From Selaginella moellendorffii (lineage: Eukaryota > Plantae > Lycopodiophyta), in assembly GCF_000143415.4 (NCBI RefSeq), contig NW_003314265.1, positions 1,198,446 through 1,262,445 on the forward strand: a stretch of 64,000 nt of DNA, written 5' to 3'. The notes below the pieces were generated by a model. It was not told the DNA's origin and made no database searches. It saw nothing but the letters and a program-made list of their open reading frames with translations. Shown piece by piece: positions 1 to 12,820 of the stretch. Numbering within the stretch: the stretch's first letter is position 1; each line of letters opens with the position of its first letter. A program made the translations under genes and the position numbers.

Positions 1-379
1 TGTCCAAACTCATTTATTAATGTTCAAATCACCTTTGGGACAAATGCACAATCCAACATCACTTTCTTTACCTCTTTACTATGCCCACTCCTTGACAAAA
101 ACTTATTTTTTGGTAAGCCAGATAAATTTGGACTATTATTATTGAAGCTGATTAGTAAAGACCATTTTGAAGCTTCCCTTTGCTTTTCCCCAAATTATTG
201 CCCAAAAGAACCCTAAAATCTACCAAGAATTTTCCTATGCATGCACTAAAGTATTTGCACCACTTAACTTGGTTGTTTACTTCTGAATGATAGTCATTTT
301 TGCAATTGATTTTGTACCACATGTTAAAGGGTGTTACATGTCATTTCTTTGTTAAAGGGTGTTACATGTCATCGAATGT

Positions 380-620
380 TGCTAGTTTATTGGACAATCT
401 TGAGCTAGTGGTTGCTATCATATTTAAAGCATTTGTGGTTTCATCAGTCACCACCACCTTAGTCAGCTAACCTCCTTTTGAAAGATGTGAGTTGATGATT
501 TACTTTCGTGAATTAACTCTTCAATTTCTATTTCAATATTGCTACAAGATTCTTGATGTCTATCCATACATCATTTTCTACCTAGTTTTTCAATGCTCTA
601 TTCTTTTCCTTAGAAGATTC
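380..620 (-). mobile_element. Highly degenerate hAT-like transposase remnant
   Basis: Minus-strand translation gives DVWIDIKN and VVVTDETTNALNM, resembling hAT DGWTD and VVTDNAxNM motifs. Many stops, CpG-depleted context, boundaries approximate. Confidence 0.3.
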
Positions 621-2749
621 ACAATAAGAAATTTAGGGCAGCCGATACTTCATTTGCTCCCAAAGAATTCTTCTTGAGGCCCTAACAAAAATACTCGCAT
701 AATTAAAATCTAAATTGCATTGCGAGTTGACTCAAGGTATTTGCATATGTCTGAACATCCTTCTTCTATTTTTGCTTCCTAGCTCACAAGTCATTTAACA
801 GTTGGCAACTATTTAGACTCAAGAATCTTTTGCCAAACTTCACCTCAAACCAATTCAAGCTTATTATGAATCCCTTTGGATTTCCTCTTTATTAGAGTTC
901 CATAAAACCTTAGTAAGCCTTTGTGCTATAGTAGTTTTAAGGATACCTATCTAATATAGTCTTCTTTTTGCTTGACTATAGCATTAATTCCTCCATCATT
1001 GCCTTTCTTCCATTAGCTCTTGCAACACTTCCCACAACTCCAAAATCACCACATGTCCTTGGATAGTAGCCACTTCACTCTCCCTCACTTCTTGAACTTC
1101 TTGGATCACTTTATGGTGGGGATTACGAGGATTCTCAACCAAACATGGGAATCCACTGACACTTGCAAATTTCGCATGAGAGGGATCATTCCATCAAGAT
1201 TCAGTGGTGCAATTGAAAGAAACCTTAGGCATGTTGAAAGTGCCATGCTGACCTCAAGCTCTTTCAGAGAATAGTGAGAATCTTCCCCATCCATATTGAT
1301 GCCACAAGATGGGAAGATGGGAAGAGGAATATGGATGGGGCCATTTTTTTGCATTCAACTTCTCAAAAAGATGCCACAACAATATTAGGTTAAAGTTCAA
1401 CAAAAGAAACTCACACCTTAGAAGCTAGTGCTCTCCCCACATGCAAGAATTGTCACACAAATCCTTTAATACCAAGAACAATACAATGAATAAACTTGTC
1501 ATTCAAGCCACTTGACACAAAATTTTTAACTCGTCAGCCTAGTGATGCCTCCTTGATCTCTTTTTGGTTGCTCTCTACTTACTAGTAGCGGCCTCATAAC
1601 ACAAAACAAGTGTGCGTATGTAACCTAGCCTGCAAATGCCCACACAAGATTTTTGAACACCCTCACTTTGAGGTATTTAGGATATCAATAGAAACACATT
1701 TGTTATTCAAACAAGAAAACCCAAATCTACAAAATGAATATAAACATACTTTAATCCAAGCCACACTCAAAATGCTTGTAAGCAATAAAACATAAAGCAC
1801 ACTCTAAAAAATGTTGTTGAACATAGAATCCTTAAAGCGTGCAAGCTTGGCCTAACCTTCACTCCCCATTGCTTCCCACTCTTATTCTCCAGCTCTGAGA
1901 TTCTTGAGATCTCAAAATCCTCTACATATGCTTGTATAAATCTTTTAGTCAAATCTATATATAAAACTCATAATCAAAGAGGTAATTAGGGCAATGATAT
2001 GGCTTAAGTATTGTAATTCATATATAAAGAAGAATTAGGAAATAATTAAACAACTTGCTTTTCTTTATAATATTTAAGTGGATTACAAATGCCATAGAAA
2101 GTTCTATAGAGTGGATTTGTTAGTGTTTTCTACTATGTTCATTTCTTTTTTTTTCTTGCTCTATGTTTTGGAAATAATATGAGAATTTTAATCAATAATG
2201 ACAATGGTATCCACATTCTTGGATGGGTAAGAAAGACTAAGAGTATAATATAAAGATTATGGTAGTGAAAAAAAATTAATATTCTTATATTTCCTTATGT
2301 TATAACTACTCCTAATTTTTTATAAACCCTAAAGAATAAATGAATGAATGTGTGTTTTGAATTATTTATATATTTCTAGCCTGATGTGTAGTGGTCTATT
2401 ATTGAAATGTGAAAATGTTGAAATGTATAATAGTATTTTTTAGGTTCATGAAAAACTTCAATATTCCCATTTTTATTTAGGCCCAAAAATGCTCTGACAT
2501 TGTGTATGTAAAAAATAATTATATGGGTTTGGACAAACTTTTAATTCTAAAAACTACTCAATTAGTATTTTATTGTATCACTCGCATTAGAAATTAGAAG
2601 TTTTCTCTATAATAGTATCAAAAAATATAAATTTCTCAACAATTAAATTCATGGATTCAAATTCACCAAGGAATAATATTTTTCTAACATAAATTTTCTT
2701 TATAAGACTTGTAGTTAACTATGTTGAGTTAAACTCAACTCAATTTTGG

Positions 2750-3850
2750 ACTATTCCCATGTACAGTTGCTAGAGGGCCAAAATTTTGTGTCACTAGCTT
2801 TAATAAGCCATTGCTCACGTTTTACATTTATGACTCAACACAAGGCAAGTGATCCATATACCAATTTTTCCCAATCTTCATGATCAATGAGATTGGTTTC
2901 TATGATGTTGGATCATGGTGTGGTAGTGATACTTTGCATGAAAACGTGGAGACTCTTAAGATGCAATATGTGGGATGGTTTCTAGCACATAAGTCTTGAC
3001 TAGTTGGCACTGGGAATTAACTAGTGTTTCCTTCAGGATCAACATTTTGTAAAGACTGATCGTGAGAGATTGTTTTTTATGGCAAAGAGTGTAGTGATAT
3101 GCTGTTTTCATAAGATTTTGGTTGATATGTTATTTTTGCATGCGCTAATGGGAGCAACAGACTTTAGAGTCAATTCCAAGTGGTCAGTGGTGGAGAGGAA
3201 TGCTGGAGTTTGCATGGTTCTCCTGTTAAATAAGTTCTCTCTCTTTCTTTACTAGAGCTTTTGGTGTTCTCTCCATCCAAGAGCTAAAACAAGGCAATCA
3301 ACCACACTAGAAGAGAATCCTTGACAATCTAGACCATTTAATGGAGATTTTCTTGTTTTGTTATGCTCTTTTCATAAGGTATGCTCTTTTTCATGCAATG
3401 AAACATCCTATTCACGACACTTCACTATTTCCTCTCAAAGCTCCACCGCAAGCAATTTACGGGATGACCCTTTGGATTATGTATATGATCTCCAATTTGT
3501 GGGAGGGGCTCTGGGATTCAATGCTTGGAAACTAAACTTCTTAGCTCAATGGCCAAATCTCTTTCAAAAAATGAATAAAGTATTGACCTTTTCTCTTGGA
3601 AAGCTTGAATCTAGAGTTTCACATCTAGTCTATTGAGATTACTTGAATAAAATTGCATGGATTCATCCAGATTCATACTGGAGACCTTCAATGTGTTAGA
3701 TTGATGTGATAACCAACACATTTATAAATATGGATGGATGAATCAAGTGCAGTAATATTGGCTGGTTGACTCAACAAGGAGTATGGGAAAAGATCCCCCT
3801 TGGTCCATCCCGCCCTAGGTGGCCTGCACAAATGATGAAACAACGTAGGG
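2750..3850 (+). mobile_element. Degenerate non-LTR (LINE-like) retrotransposon remnant
   Basis: Fragments resemble LINE motifs: a DH motif near 2912, a W.IN..FLQDQ segment near 3011, and GGALGF...NFLAQW (GGLG...N.ALL.KW-like) near 3500-3552. Multiple stops, boundaries approximate. Confidence 0.35.
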
Positions 3851-4642
3851 TTTGATGAGTTTGATTATGGTTTGTGCTCAAACGAGTCAAACAAAGGTGA
3901 GCTAACACTCGGTTTGACAAGTGTTAATAGTCAATAATAAATATTGATTTTGTTTTTAATCATCTTCATTCTGATATGAAGAAATAGACCTGCTAGGTAC
4001 CATGTTATAGCAAATGCTCAAGCACAAGAAGTAGAGCTTGAAGAAAAGCAAAACAAACTTCACACGATTGTCCATAATGTTAAAGTTGTACATAGGGCCT
4101 AAGGGCACCACTGTAGGACTTGAAAGTGCTTTTGAGGAAGAGCTGCCATGCCATCATCAAATGCAAGCACAATTAAACACAAGCTTGGTCAAGATCTTGT
4201 TTTAGTTGTGGGGAATTAGAATTTCTCGTTGGTCTTGATATTGTGAAATAATCTACAAGAAAAAATGGCATAAGGCAAGAGAAAGAAACCCGACTCCCTG
4301 TTCCAGCCTATTGACTGGAACAATGGCAATTCCCTAGTGGCTGTGAACTTAGAGTTTGGATGGACACAGGAGAAGTGTTTTGTCTCTGTGGTGTTCTTTA
4401 AAAACCAGTAGTTCAACCAGTCCTCAGAAGCTGAGAACTCCTTGAGAACCTAGAACAATTTAAGAAACTCCACAATATGAGAGTTGCGACGGCCAGGGCT
4501 ATCCAAAAAGAAAAAGGGGCTTCCATGACCATCCAAGCATCTATCTCGACTGAGAGAATCAACATGGGTATCATGTCCAAACCATTGTCTAAGTAGGCTG
4601 TGAGTTTGGAGTTGGTCCTTTGAAGTAGGAAAGAAACAAAGT

Positions 4643-4713
4643 GTGGCTGCTAGGATTCAAACCCAAGTCCCTATGGCCACGACGTAGAATTCTTATCAGT
4701 GAACTACAGCCAC
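4643..4713 (-). pseudogene. tRNA-His(GTG) pseudogene
   Basis: Reverse complement GTGGCTGTAGTTCACTGATAAGAATTCTACGTCGTGGCCATAGGGACTTGGGTTTGAATCCTAGCAGCCAC is collinear with plant cytosolic tRNA-His. D-loop GG is lost, the T-loop reads TTTGAAT, U33 is C and the anticodon stem has a mismatch. Confidence 0.85.
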
Positions 4714-6286
4714 ATTACTTTATACTTAATTGCTCTTCCTAATACACTAAAAGTCTCCCAAATGTATAATGTTGAGCCAAAAAATCATTAGTGAAAAAAA
4801 TTGTGATTTTGAGCTTAAATTTTGGCTGCTTTGCCATCTCAGAGTTTGGACTTTGGTGGTATGTTGATTTTGCGAGTCCAAGGAAATGGGAAATTATTTT
4901 GATTACATGTAATCAATTTTATTTTTCTCATACCATTCATTCTTCAAGGTTAAACTTAAACAACTCTGGGTCATGGAGGATCTTTGACCTTTTCAACATT
5001 CTAGAAGAAGGTTCCCACTTTTGACAAGTACAATGATACGGTGGTTTGGAAACACAGAGAATTTGAAATAAAGTAAACACATGGGTCTAGTGAAATGCTT
5101 ATCTTTACATCCCAAGTAGATAAAGACTTTTAGAAGTACAAAGAGAAACAACAGGCAAGAAGAGATGAGTGGATGCTCCAGGGGTGCATTGAGGATGGTA
5201 GAAACTTGGACAGCCATGTCCTAGGTGAATCTTGTGAACCCTCTCACAAACTTACCTCAGAAGAGTCAACACTCTCACTTCGAGATCTTTCCGGTAAACC
5301 ATAGCTACTGCTGTGTTGTGAGTTTTTTTCTAAATCATGAATCTCATGATCCTACCATGCAAGAGTTGGGACTTGATGAAGAACAAGGGAAACAAGGAAA
5401 GAGAGAGATCTCCAAGAAAAACTGTGCAGCCAAGAAGACGAACAGCTCTAGATCTTGGGTCTGCTCCAGCTTAAAAAGGTAGTTTTCCTCTCTTGCTCTC
5501 CACTAGGCTGTGCTTGGAACGCTCGGGCCGAGCTTCGAGGGCAGCGAGCATATGCCATCTCAAAAGGAAGACAATTCCTAGCTGGGAAGGATTAGATGCC
5601 TTTAGAAGAGTGCGAGAGTCTGGTGTGAAGTTGAAAATTGCAGAGAGCAATACCGAAAAATTGACTGAGGACAATCTAGTCGTTTAAAACCAAACACGAG
5701 AAATGACTGCATCAATTAGAGTGCACCTTAAGATTGTTCTCTTTTTTATACTATGAGGGGATTTTTGCATCCCTCATAGATAGCTCCTTTGTTTGAGTTT
5801 AATTTTCTGCTCGTGGAGCATAATTTTCTGCTGCTTTTGAAGCATTGTCACCATCGTTGTTGAAGCTCGAGCTGTCCAACAAAATCAATGACACTCCAAC
5901 AGATAGAGAAGCATTTGAGGAAAAATTGCCAGAGGACTCAACTTCATGGCAACAAGTGGAGCATCAAAAGATTAGCATATGATCACTCCAGATATGTAGT
6001 AAAAGTGGCAACTCCACACAGTGGGAAGTAAGAAACACTTTTTACAGCTCCTCATGTTTCTTGGTCACATGCATTATGCGGAAGGGGAGTCTGTTAAACA
6101 AGTATCTTAGAATAATATCTGGATATTTTAAATATATTCCTCCTACATAATTAGAAAAAAATTATGTAGTGTCACTTGAAGAAAATTTTTTGGTGGAAAC
6201 TCAAAATAATCACTCTATAAAAACCCAGTCATTTACATCAATAATAAGCTTTTACACTCTCTCATTATCAAAAACCACCATGTCAC

Positions 6287-7435
6287 TGTAAGGAACCAAC
6301 TCGCCGAGGTGTCGTAGGCTAAGGGAACCCCGAAAGCATGACCAAAATGACAAAGAGTTCATCGGATGGGACCAAGTCAAAGATCGAGTCCAAGACCGAC
6401 TCTAGGACCGAGTTCGAGATAGAGTCCGGAATCGAGTCCAAGACCGACTCGGGGACCGAGTTCGAGTCCGAGTTCGAGACCGAGTTCGAGACGGAGTCCG
6501 AGATCCGAAATCGGGTCCGAGACCGAGTCCGAAGTCGAGTCCGAGGTCGGGCCCGAGATCGGGTCCGAGATCGAGTCCGCGATCGAGTCCGAGACCGAAT
6601 CCGAAATCGGATCCGAAATCGGATCCGAGATCGAGCCAGAGACTAAGTCCAAATACTAATACGGGTCAAGGGGTGAAAGCCCAAAGCGTGCGTCCCCCAG
6701 GGGGGGGGGGGCTGCAGGGGGTTCCAAAAGTATAGTAGGGATAGTGAGGTCCAGGAACCAGTTTTGAAGGGACTCTCCAGTTGGGCTTCCAAACCGACTT
6801 GAGGTTGGGACTGGGACTAAGGGGCCTTGGGTGGGAGTGAGCATGGACTTGGCTGGTGCCGGAGGGGCCATCCAAGGAAGTGCTCAAGAGCAGCTCCCAC
6901 TCCCGAAAGGGAAACCGATTGCGGTGCTCTCGGCTCATGTGGAGTGGTGCCCCACTTGAGTACCATGCGGCTCATTGGTCCTCGCCCTGCCTAGGGGCTT
7001 GGGCCTTCCTTAGGGATGGAAGTGGGGGGCGAGAGGTACCCATACCGGGCCGTTAGGCCACGGTGTTTCGCCCCGGCGTCCCGAAGCAAGTGTTGCACTC
7101 AAGACTTGGGATTTAGAGGGTCCCATGATCAAGTCTTGTGGTACCAAGAGATGTTAGGAACCTGGAAGCTTGGTGTGCTTGACTGCTTGTGCTTGCGGGG
7201 AGTGTAGCCGAACCTTAAGTCCAATCTAACCCGGGGAGGGGGATTGAGAGTGATTTGGGAATCCGTGGAAGGATGGCTAACACTCCGTTGCTCGTGCAGT
7301 GAGTAGCTGAAACCAAGTAGGAGCTGGTACCATAGGCGAGAACCTTGGCGAGGGAACTTAGCAAAAGCCAAGGCAAGGTTGGACGGATAGACGAGGTAAG
7401 CTGGCAAATTGGAAAGGAAAAATTTGTGGCTTACA
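6287..7435. mobile_element. Solo LTR (1149 bp) with 5-bp target-site duplication
   Basis: Starts TGTAAG and ends CTTACA (terminal inverted 6-mer). Flanked on both sides by GTCAC (6282-6286 and 7436-7440). Much richer in GC and CpG than its flanks, with no gag/pol coding. Confidence 0.85.
6375..6645. repeat. Degenerate hexamer tandem array (CCGAGA/TCGAGT/CCGAAA-type) inside the solo LTR
   Basis: Clear 6-bp periodicity, which produces the repetitive pseudo-ORFs 6338-6646 and 6377-6652. Confidence 0.9.
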
Positions 7436-9880
7436 GTCACCTCCTACAACTTGTCTACAGCATCTCCACAAAGGAAATGCCAAACCTTATTGTTGATACC
7501 AATACTATGGAGACTGCCTCCACTGCTTCCAGCTCCTCTGCAGCTTTGTTTCCTGATGCCTGCACAAACTTCAATGTTGATAGTATCATTGGCATGTTCT
7601 TGTAGTCCTTGAATTTCAGAATCCACTCCAATGCCTCATACTTCAATGCCTTTGTCAGGACTGTGAGAAGAATGTAGCCTGTAGACAACTGGTTCCACTA
7701 GAGCGGCACAAGAGCTTGGCAGCCAACTCTTCTTGCAAAGGAGCCTTAAAAGGGTCTAGGTCCACTTTGTAAGTAGAGACACAACCTAGCGTTTGGATGA
7801 CCTAAACTTGGCATGGAAGCAGCACCACCGGCTTCGAGGGTTTCATCTTGTCATCATAGATGTAAGATGGAATGCTGGCCAGTGGAGGCCATTTGCATGT
7901 TTGAGACTTGTGATTCATCATCATCTCATGGCCAAATTCGTTCAATATAGCACTACTAGAGCTGAACTCCCCCATGTAGCAGGCATCACAAAGCAAGGTG
8001 GTGTCACTATTGTAAATCAGCTTGAGCCAATCTGCACCTGTGGCAAGTCTATGGGACCCACCCTTGCAATCGTTGCTATAGAAAAACAAGGAGAACATCT
8101 AAACCATGATGAATCGCCATTGTAGAGAAACAAAGAGAAAATGTCAATGGTTGCTTTGCTCAACTTTCACTCACTGTATTGTTAAGGAAAAGCCTAAGCC
8201 TTGGGCATAAAATGAATGGCAGCTGCAGAAAAACAAGAAAAAGCTCTACTCAACTCACTCTTTAATCACTAAATGGATGGCCGAGTCATTCAGAAACCCA
8301 AACCCTATACACCATCTATTTAGATACAAAGAAGTGTGGCCCTTTCAAGGCATCACACCATATAGACTGCATTCCTTCAGATTACATATTTTATTAAGTA
8401 ATGCCATACCACCATAAGTGCTTTCTAGCCATGATATCTTTAGAATTCTTATACCCTTTTGCAATCCTTAACCTAGCATTTGCTCCCATTAAGTTCTTCC
8501 ACTGCACAGCAAATGCCACGACTGGGCACTTGTTATACCAGTTTGTTTCATAGTGTGAGAATGATATGGAGGCCTTTATATCAAACCAAGAAAGACAAAA
8601 CTCTAACAGAGACCCAAATCAGGAAAAAAAATAGTACAAACTCACACTGATTAGCTGTGCATTTAGGCATTTTACTGCATAGTGACACTTGACTTGCATA
8701 ACAGCTTCATTTGGGTGAGTGTGGCATACAGAAGGCTCTTGCTTGTCGTCAACATGCAACACTCACACAGTGCATAGACCATACTCCATGAGGGATTTCT
8801 TGATCTCCCAGGATGGCTCAAGGAAGTAACCACCCTTGCTCCTTGATAGTGTGTCCTGTGTACTTCTCAACATCATCTGATCTAAAAAAGAGCTGTACAT
8901 CTGTGTTTTAGGTAAGGAATTCTATGGAAATGTGAAACAACAACATTTAAAAATTCAACTGCAAAATAACATTCCTTTCAAGAGTACAAAGAAATTCAGG
9001 GCATCACAAGACTGCAATCCTTCTATTACATGTTTGATTATGTAACACCAAGTGCTTTCTAACCGAATTCTTATACCATCTCAAGGCACAAACAGCAATA
9101 CTATTTATGGGAGCATAAGTTCTTTCACCAATGTATAGCTAATGTTGAGACTGCTATTCTGTTTTATAATGCAAGAATGAGCATAAAACCTCATGTCCTA
9201 TATACATTATATGCCAACTATTGAGAATATTAGATAAATTCCTTTTCAAAATTCTTTAAACCACAAAATTTATAGTTTTTGATTGAGAGAAACTAAAGAA
9301 TAATTCTCCTTTTTTTGTTATCTTAAATATTAATACAATAAAAATATTATTTAATAATTATATTTATGTTCTAATAATAAGTTTTTAATAAAGACATATA
9401 TAATAGCCTAAATATAAATTAATTTCATTGAAACTATAAATTTTTATTTTAATTAAATAAAAATTATGAAATTTAAATATAAAGAAATGTTTTATAATAT
9501 AATTTCATTGAAAGAATAGTATTTAATAAATTAATTTTTTTTATATAGAAGATGATAGAGCACTCTTTGGGTATTAAAAAAGCTTTTTACTCTTTTGAAA
9601 AATTTAAATTTAACATTAATAACTAGAAATTTAAAATAATAAAAAAATGAAATTTGTCATAGTTGGAGCTCCATCCTAGTTATAAGTCACAATCACATAA
9701 AGCCTAATTTTTAACATTTATCACATGTTTCCCATTCTTTCGAAATCAGCTTCACACTACCCAATTCCTTCATAAAAAAATAGTTACCTTTTAGGTTAGT
9801 TACTTTTGGAAAAATATTTAATAAAAATTCTTTAATATATAGTGTAAAATAAATAAAATGTATTATTAACCCTTACAATA

Positions 9881-12290
9881 GTTGGTACAAAGAAATTAAA
9901 AAAATATCAATTACATTTTTAGCCTACTTTGCTTGACTTTCACTCATTATTTAGTCTCATATCTTAGAAAAATGTAAACTAAAATAAATCGCTATTGCAA
10001 AGAAATAAGGAGGAAATATCAACAGCTAGTATGTTTAAATGCTTGATTTTTCATTTACCACTTAGCTGGAAAAAACTCAAGCTAAAATGGATCATTATTA
10101 TAAAGAAATAAAGAGAAAAAATCAACTATTTCTTTGGTTTGATTTTCACTCACTACTTTATAAAAAATGTAATGTTCTTAAGTATTAATTGATGGTTTAG
10201 CACTTGTGCCAATTCTATATAGCTAAAATTTTAAAATTATAAAAATTATTAAAAAAATAAAAAATATATCAACTATAATTATGAAACATATCTATATATA
10301 TATATCCATATTGGTGTTAGGTAAAGTGGGAAGATTGTCACCATCCTATTGCTAGTAATTTAGCATTAGGTATTATATTGAATGAAAAAAGTTAAAGCAT
10401 TTTAAACACTTCAATGCAATTTTAAAAATTTGAAAATTAAAATAAAAAAGAATAAAAATTTATAATTATTTTAATGACTAAATAAAAATTCAGATCACCT
10501 GACAGTTTTTAAGATAAATCCTCCTTGAATTATACTATAGTTTTTGAAAAAAAACTTAAAATAAATAAATTAGTAAAAGATAAATGTCTTTACCTATCAC
10601 AATTGTAAGTTGAGAAAGTGTTATAAAATTCTTATATTTTATTGGTATGATAATTAGCTTTTTAGCAAAATTATAATCACATATCTAAACACGATATTGT
10701 GAGAATGGGATAAATGTAAAGTGGTTTAATAACTTCATAAAAGAATGCCTAATCAATTAAATAATTTAGATTGCAAAGATGAATTTACTTTGCTTTTTCC
10801 GTAACATAGTTGTTGTTAACAATTTAAAAAAAATTAAAAATTAGTTACTGAAGGTAAATTATAATAAACTAAAAGTATATCATATTAATTGTGAATGAAG
10901 AAGCAAAATTAATTAAATCCCTTTAAAACTTCCTGAATTGATCAACCTATAAAAACCCAATCAAATAATAATACTAGTTGTCAACTTGCATATTGTAACC
11001 TTTTTGGTAATTTTGTCTTTAATGCCTAAGTGCGTTCTATTGATCATTGTTAAATATCTTGAACTTTTTAATGAAATTTTAATTTTTAAAAAATAATTAG
11101 TAAATATAAATCCATAAAACTTTATAATTACTATAATGGCTAAGTAAAATTCTGATTAATTGACATGTTTATAATGTAAGGGGATAAAAGCCCTTTTTGA
11201 ACTATACTGTACTCTTTGAATAAATAAATAAATGACTAAATTAGAAAAATAGCTTTTTTTAACTTAAATTGAAAAATGTTGCAACAATTGGCTTTCAGGT
11301 ATAACTATAAGATTAATTTACTAGATTGCAAATCAAAACATAATATAGTGAGAATGAAATGTTATATGATATTAGCCCTAAGTTATGAGAGCGCCCACTC
11401 AATCAAATACAGTAAATTGAAAACATGAGTTTAGCATTGAAAACATAAGTTTACCTCATTATTATTAATATTAAAAATAAAAATTAGTAATGGGATGGAA
11501 GTCAAATAAGAACATTAGTGCATATTGCATTTTCTTTAGTAACTTTATATTTAATGCCAAACACATCCACCTGATTATTATCAAATACCTCACTCTATTC
11601 TCCAAAAGAAGCACTCACAACCCAAAATTGAACTCTTGCAACTTGTCCTTATCATCTCTAGAAAGAAATAGCCTAGCCTTACTATTGACATTGATACCAA
11701 TACTATAGAGGTCTACAATAACACACTTTTTGATCCCGATTGCCTCCAATAGTTCTAACTCTTTTGTAGTTAGCAACACCCACATACAACTCTTTTTACA
11801 TGAACTTGGAGGCTTGAGAGTGTTATTGGCATGTTCCTATAGTTGAGCCATTCCACAATTGTGGTGAGTCCATAAACAAGATTAACCTGCCTTTGCAATG
11901 GTTGGTGCAAAGAAATAAAAAAAATATCAACCTATTTTTGGCATATTTTACTTGATTTTCACTCATTATTTAATCCCATATCTTGGAAAAACATAAACTA
12001 AAATAAATCATCATTGAAAAAAACAAGGAGAAAACATTGACAACTAATTTATTTGAATGTTTGACTTTTCACTTACTACTCAATAGAAAAAAACCCAAGC
12101 CAAAATGGAATACCACTGCAAAAAAACAAAGAAAAAAAGTTAACTATTACTTTAGCTCAACTTTCACTCACCACTTTATTAAAAAAGTTTGAAGAAAAAC
12201 CTAAAATGGATGGCAACTACAGCCTAAAGCAAAGAAACAAAGAGAAAATGTGAGCCATTGCTCTAGCTCAACTTTCACAACCCTCCTGAA
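9881..12290 (+). repeat. Diverged ~290-bp direct repeat (9881-10170 and 11901-12190) built from ~100-bp subunits, with related copies near 8090-8280 and 12190-12290
   Basis: Both copies begin GTTGGT(A/G)CAAAGAAAT and share the TTGA(C/T)TTTCACTCATTATTTA...AAACTAAAATAAATC...AAAATGGA blocks. Confidence 0.75.
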
Positions 12291-12820
12291 GCCACCATCT
12301 ATTTAGCTCAATTCTAAATGAGTTCACTAGAACCAACATATTCCCCTGCTCGGCTAGTTCAATCCTGCTATGCCAAATTGGACATTACTGATGCAAAATT
12401 TGGCTGATTCACAGCATAGTTACATGTCCTCACAATGCCAAATCAACCCGGTGATAAAACTAAGAAAGCTTGCCATATTTACCTTGCTAAGAGGCTCTAC
12501 AGCTTCTTCAAAATCAAGGTCAATCGAAGCCTACCTTGCATAGAGTACATTGGGCGATTTAGAAGTACATGGTGAGCTAGAATACCAGACATGGTGTGTG
12601 ATTTCTGTTCAGTGTTCCATCCGGGAATACTATAAAGAATTAACTTAAAACAAAACGGCAATTGCATTTCATATAACAGGATCTTATAATCAACATTAGT
12701 AATTAATCAAGTGACTGAACTAAACTAAGATCAAAAGATTTATATACAAGGAAAGATTCGTCAAATTCCTTTCTCTCAGGCTCAATACGAAAAAAAAGCT
12801 ATAGAGAAGGATGAGAGCCC

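Noticed and set aside
6375-6645. Possible CRISPR-like array
   Set aside because: Contiguous 6-bp units with no unique spacers, no cas genes and a eukaryotic context.
6338-6652. ORFs with RD/RV and ESE/SD repeats on both strands
   Set aside because: Artefacts of the hexamer array inside the solo LTR.
8300-8900. CPVVAFAV and Cys/His fragments on the minus strand, suggestive of a Crypton-like recombinase or zinc finger
   Set aside because: Motifs are too short and out of the expected order, with many stops. I cannot support a call.
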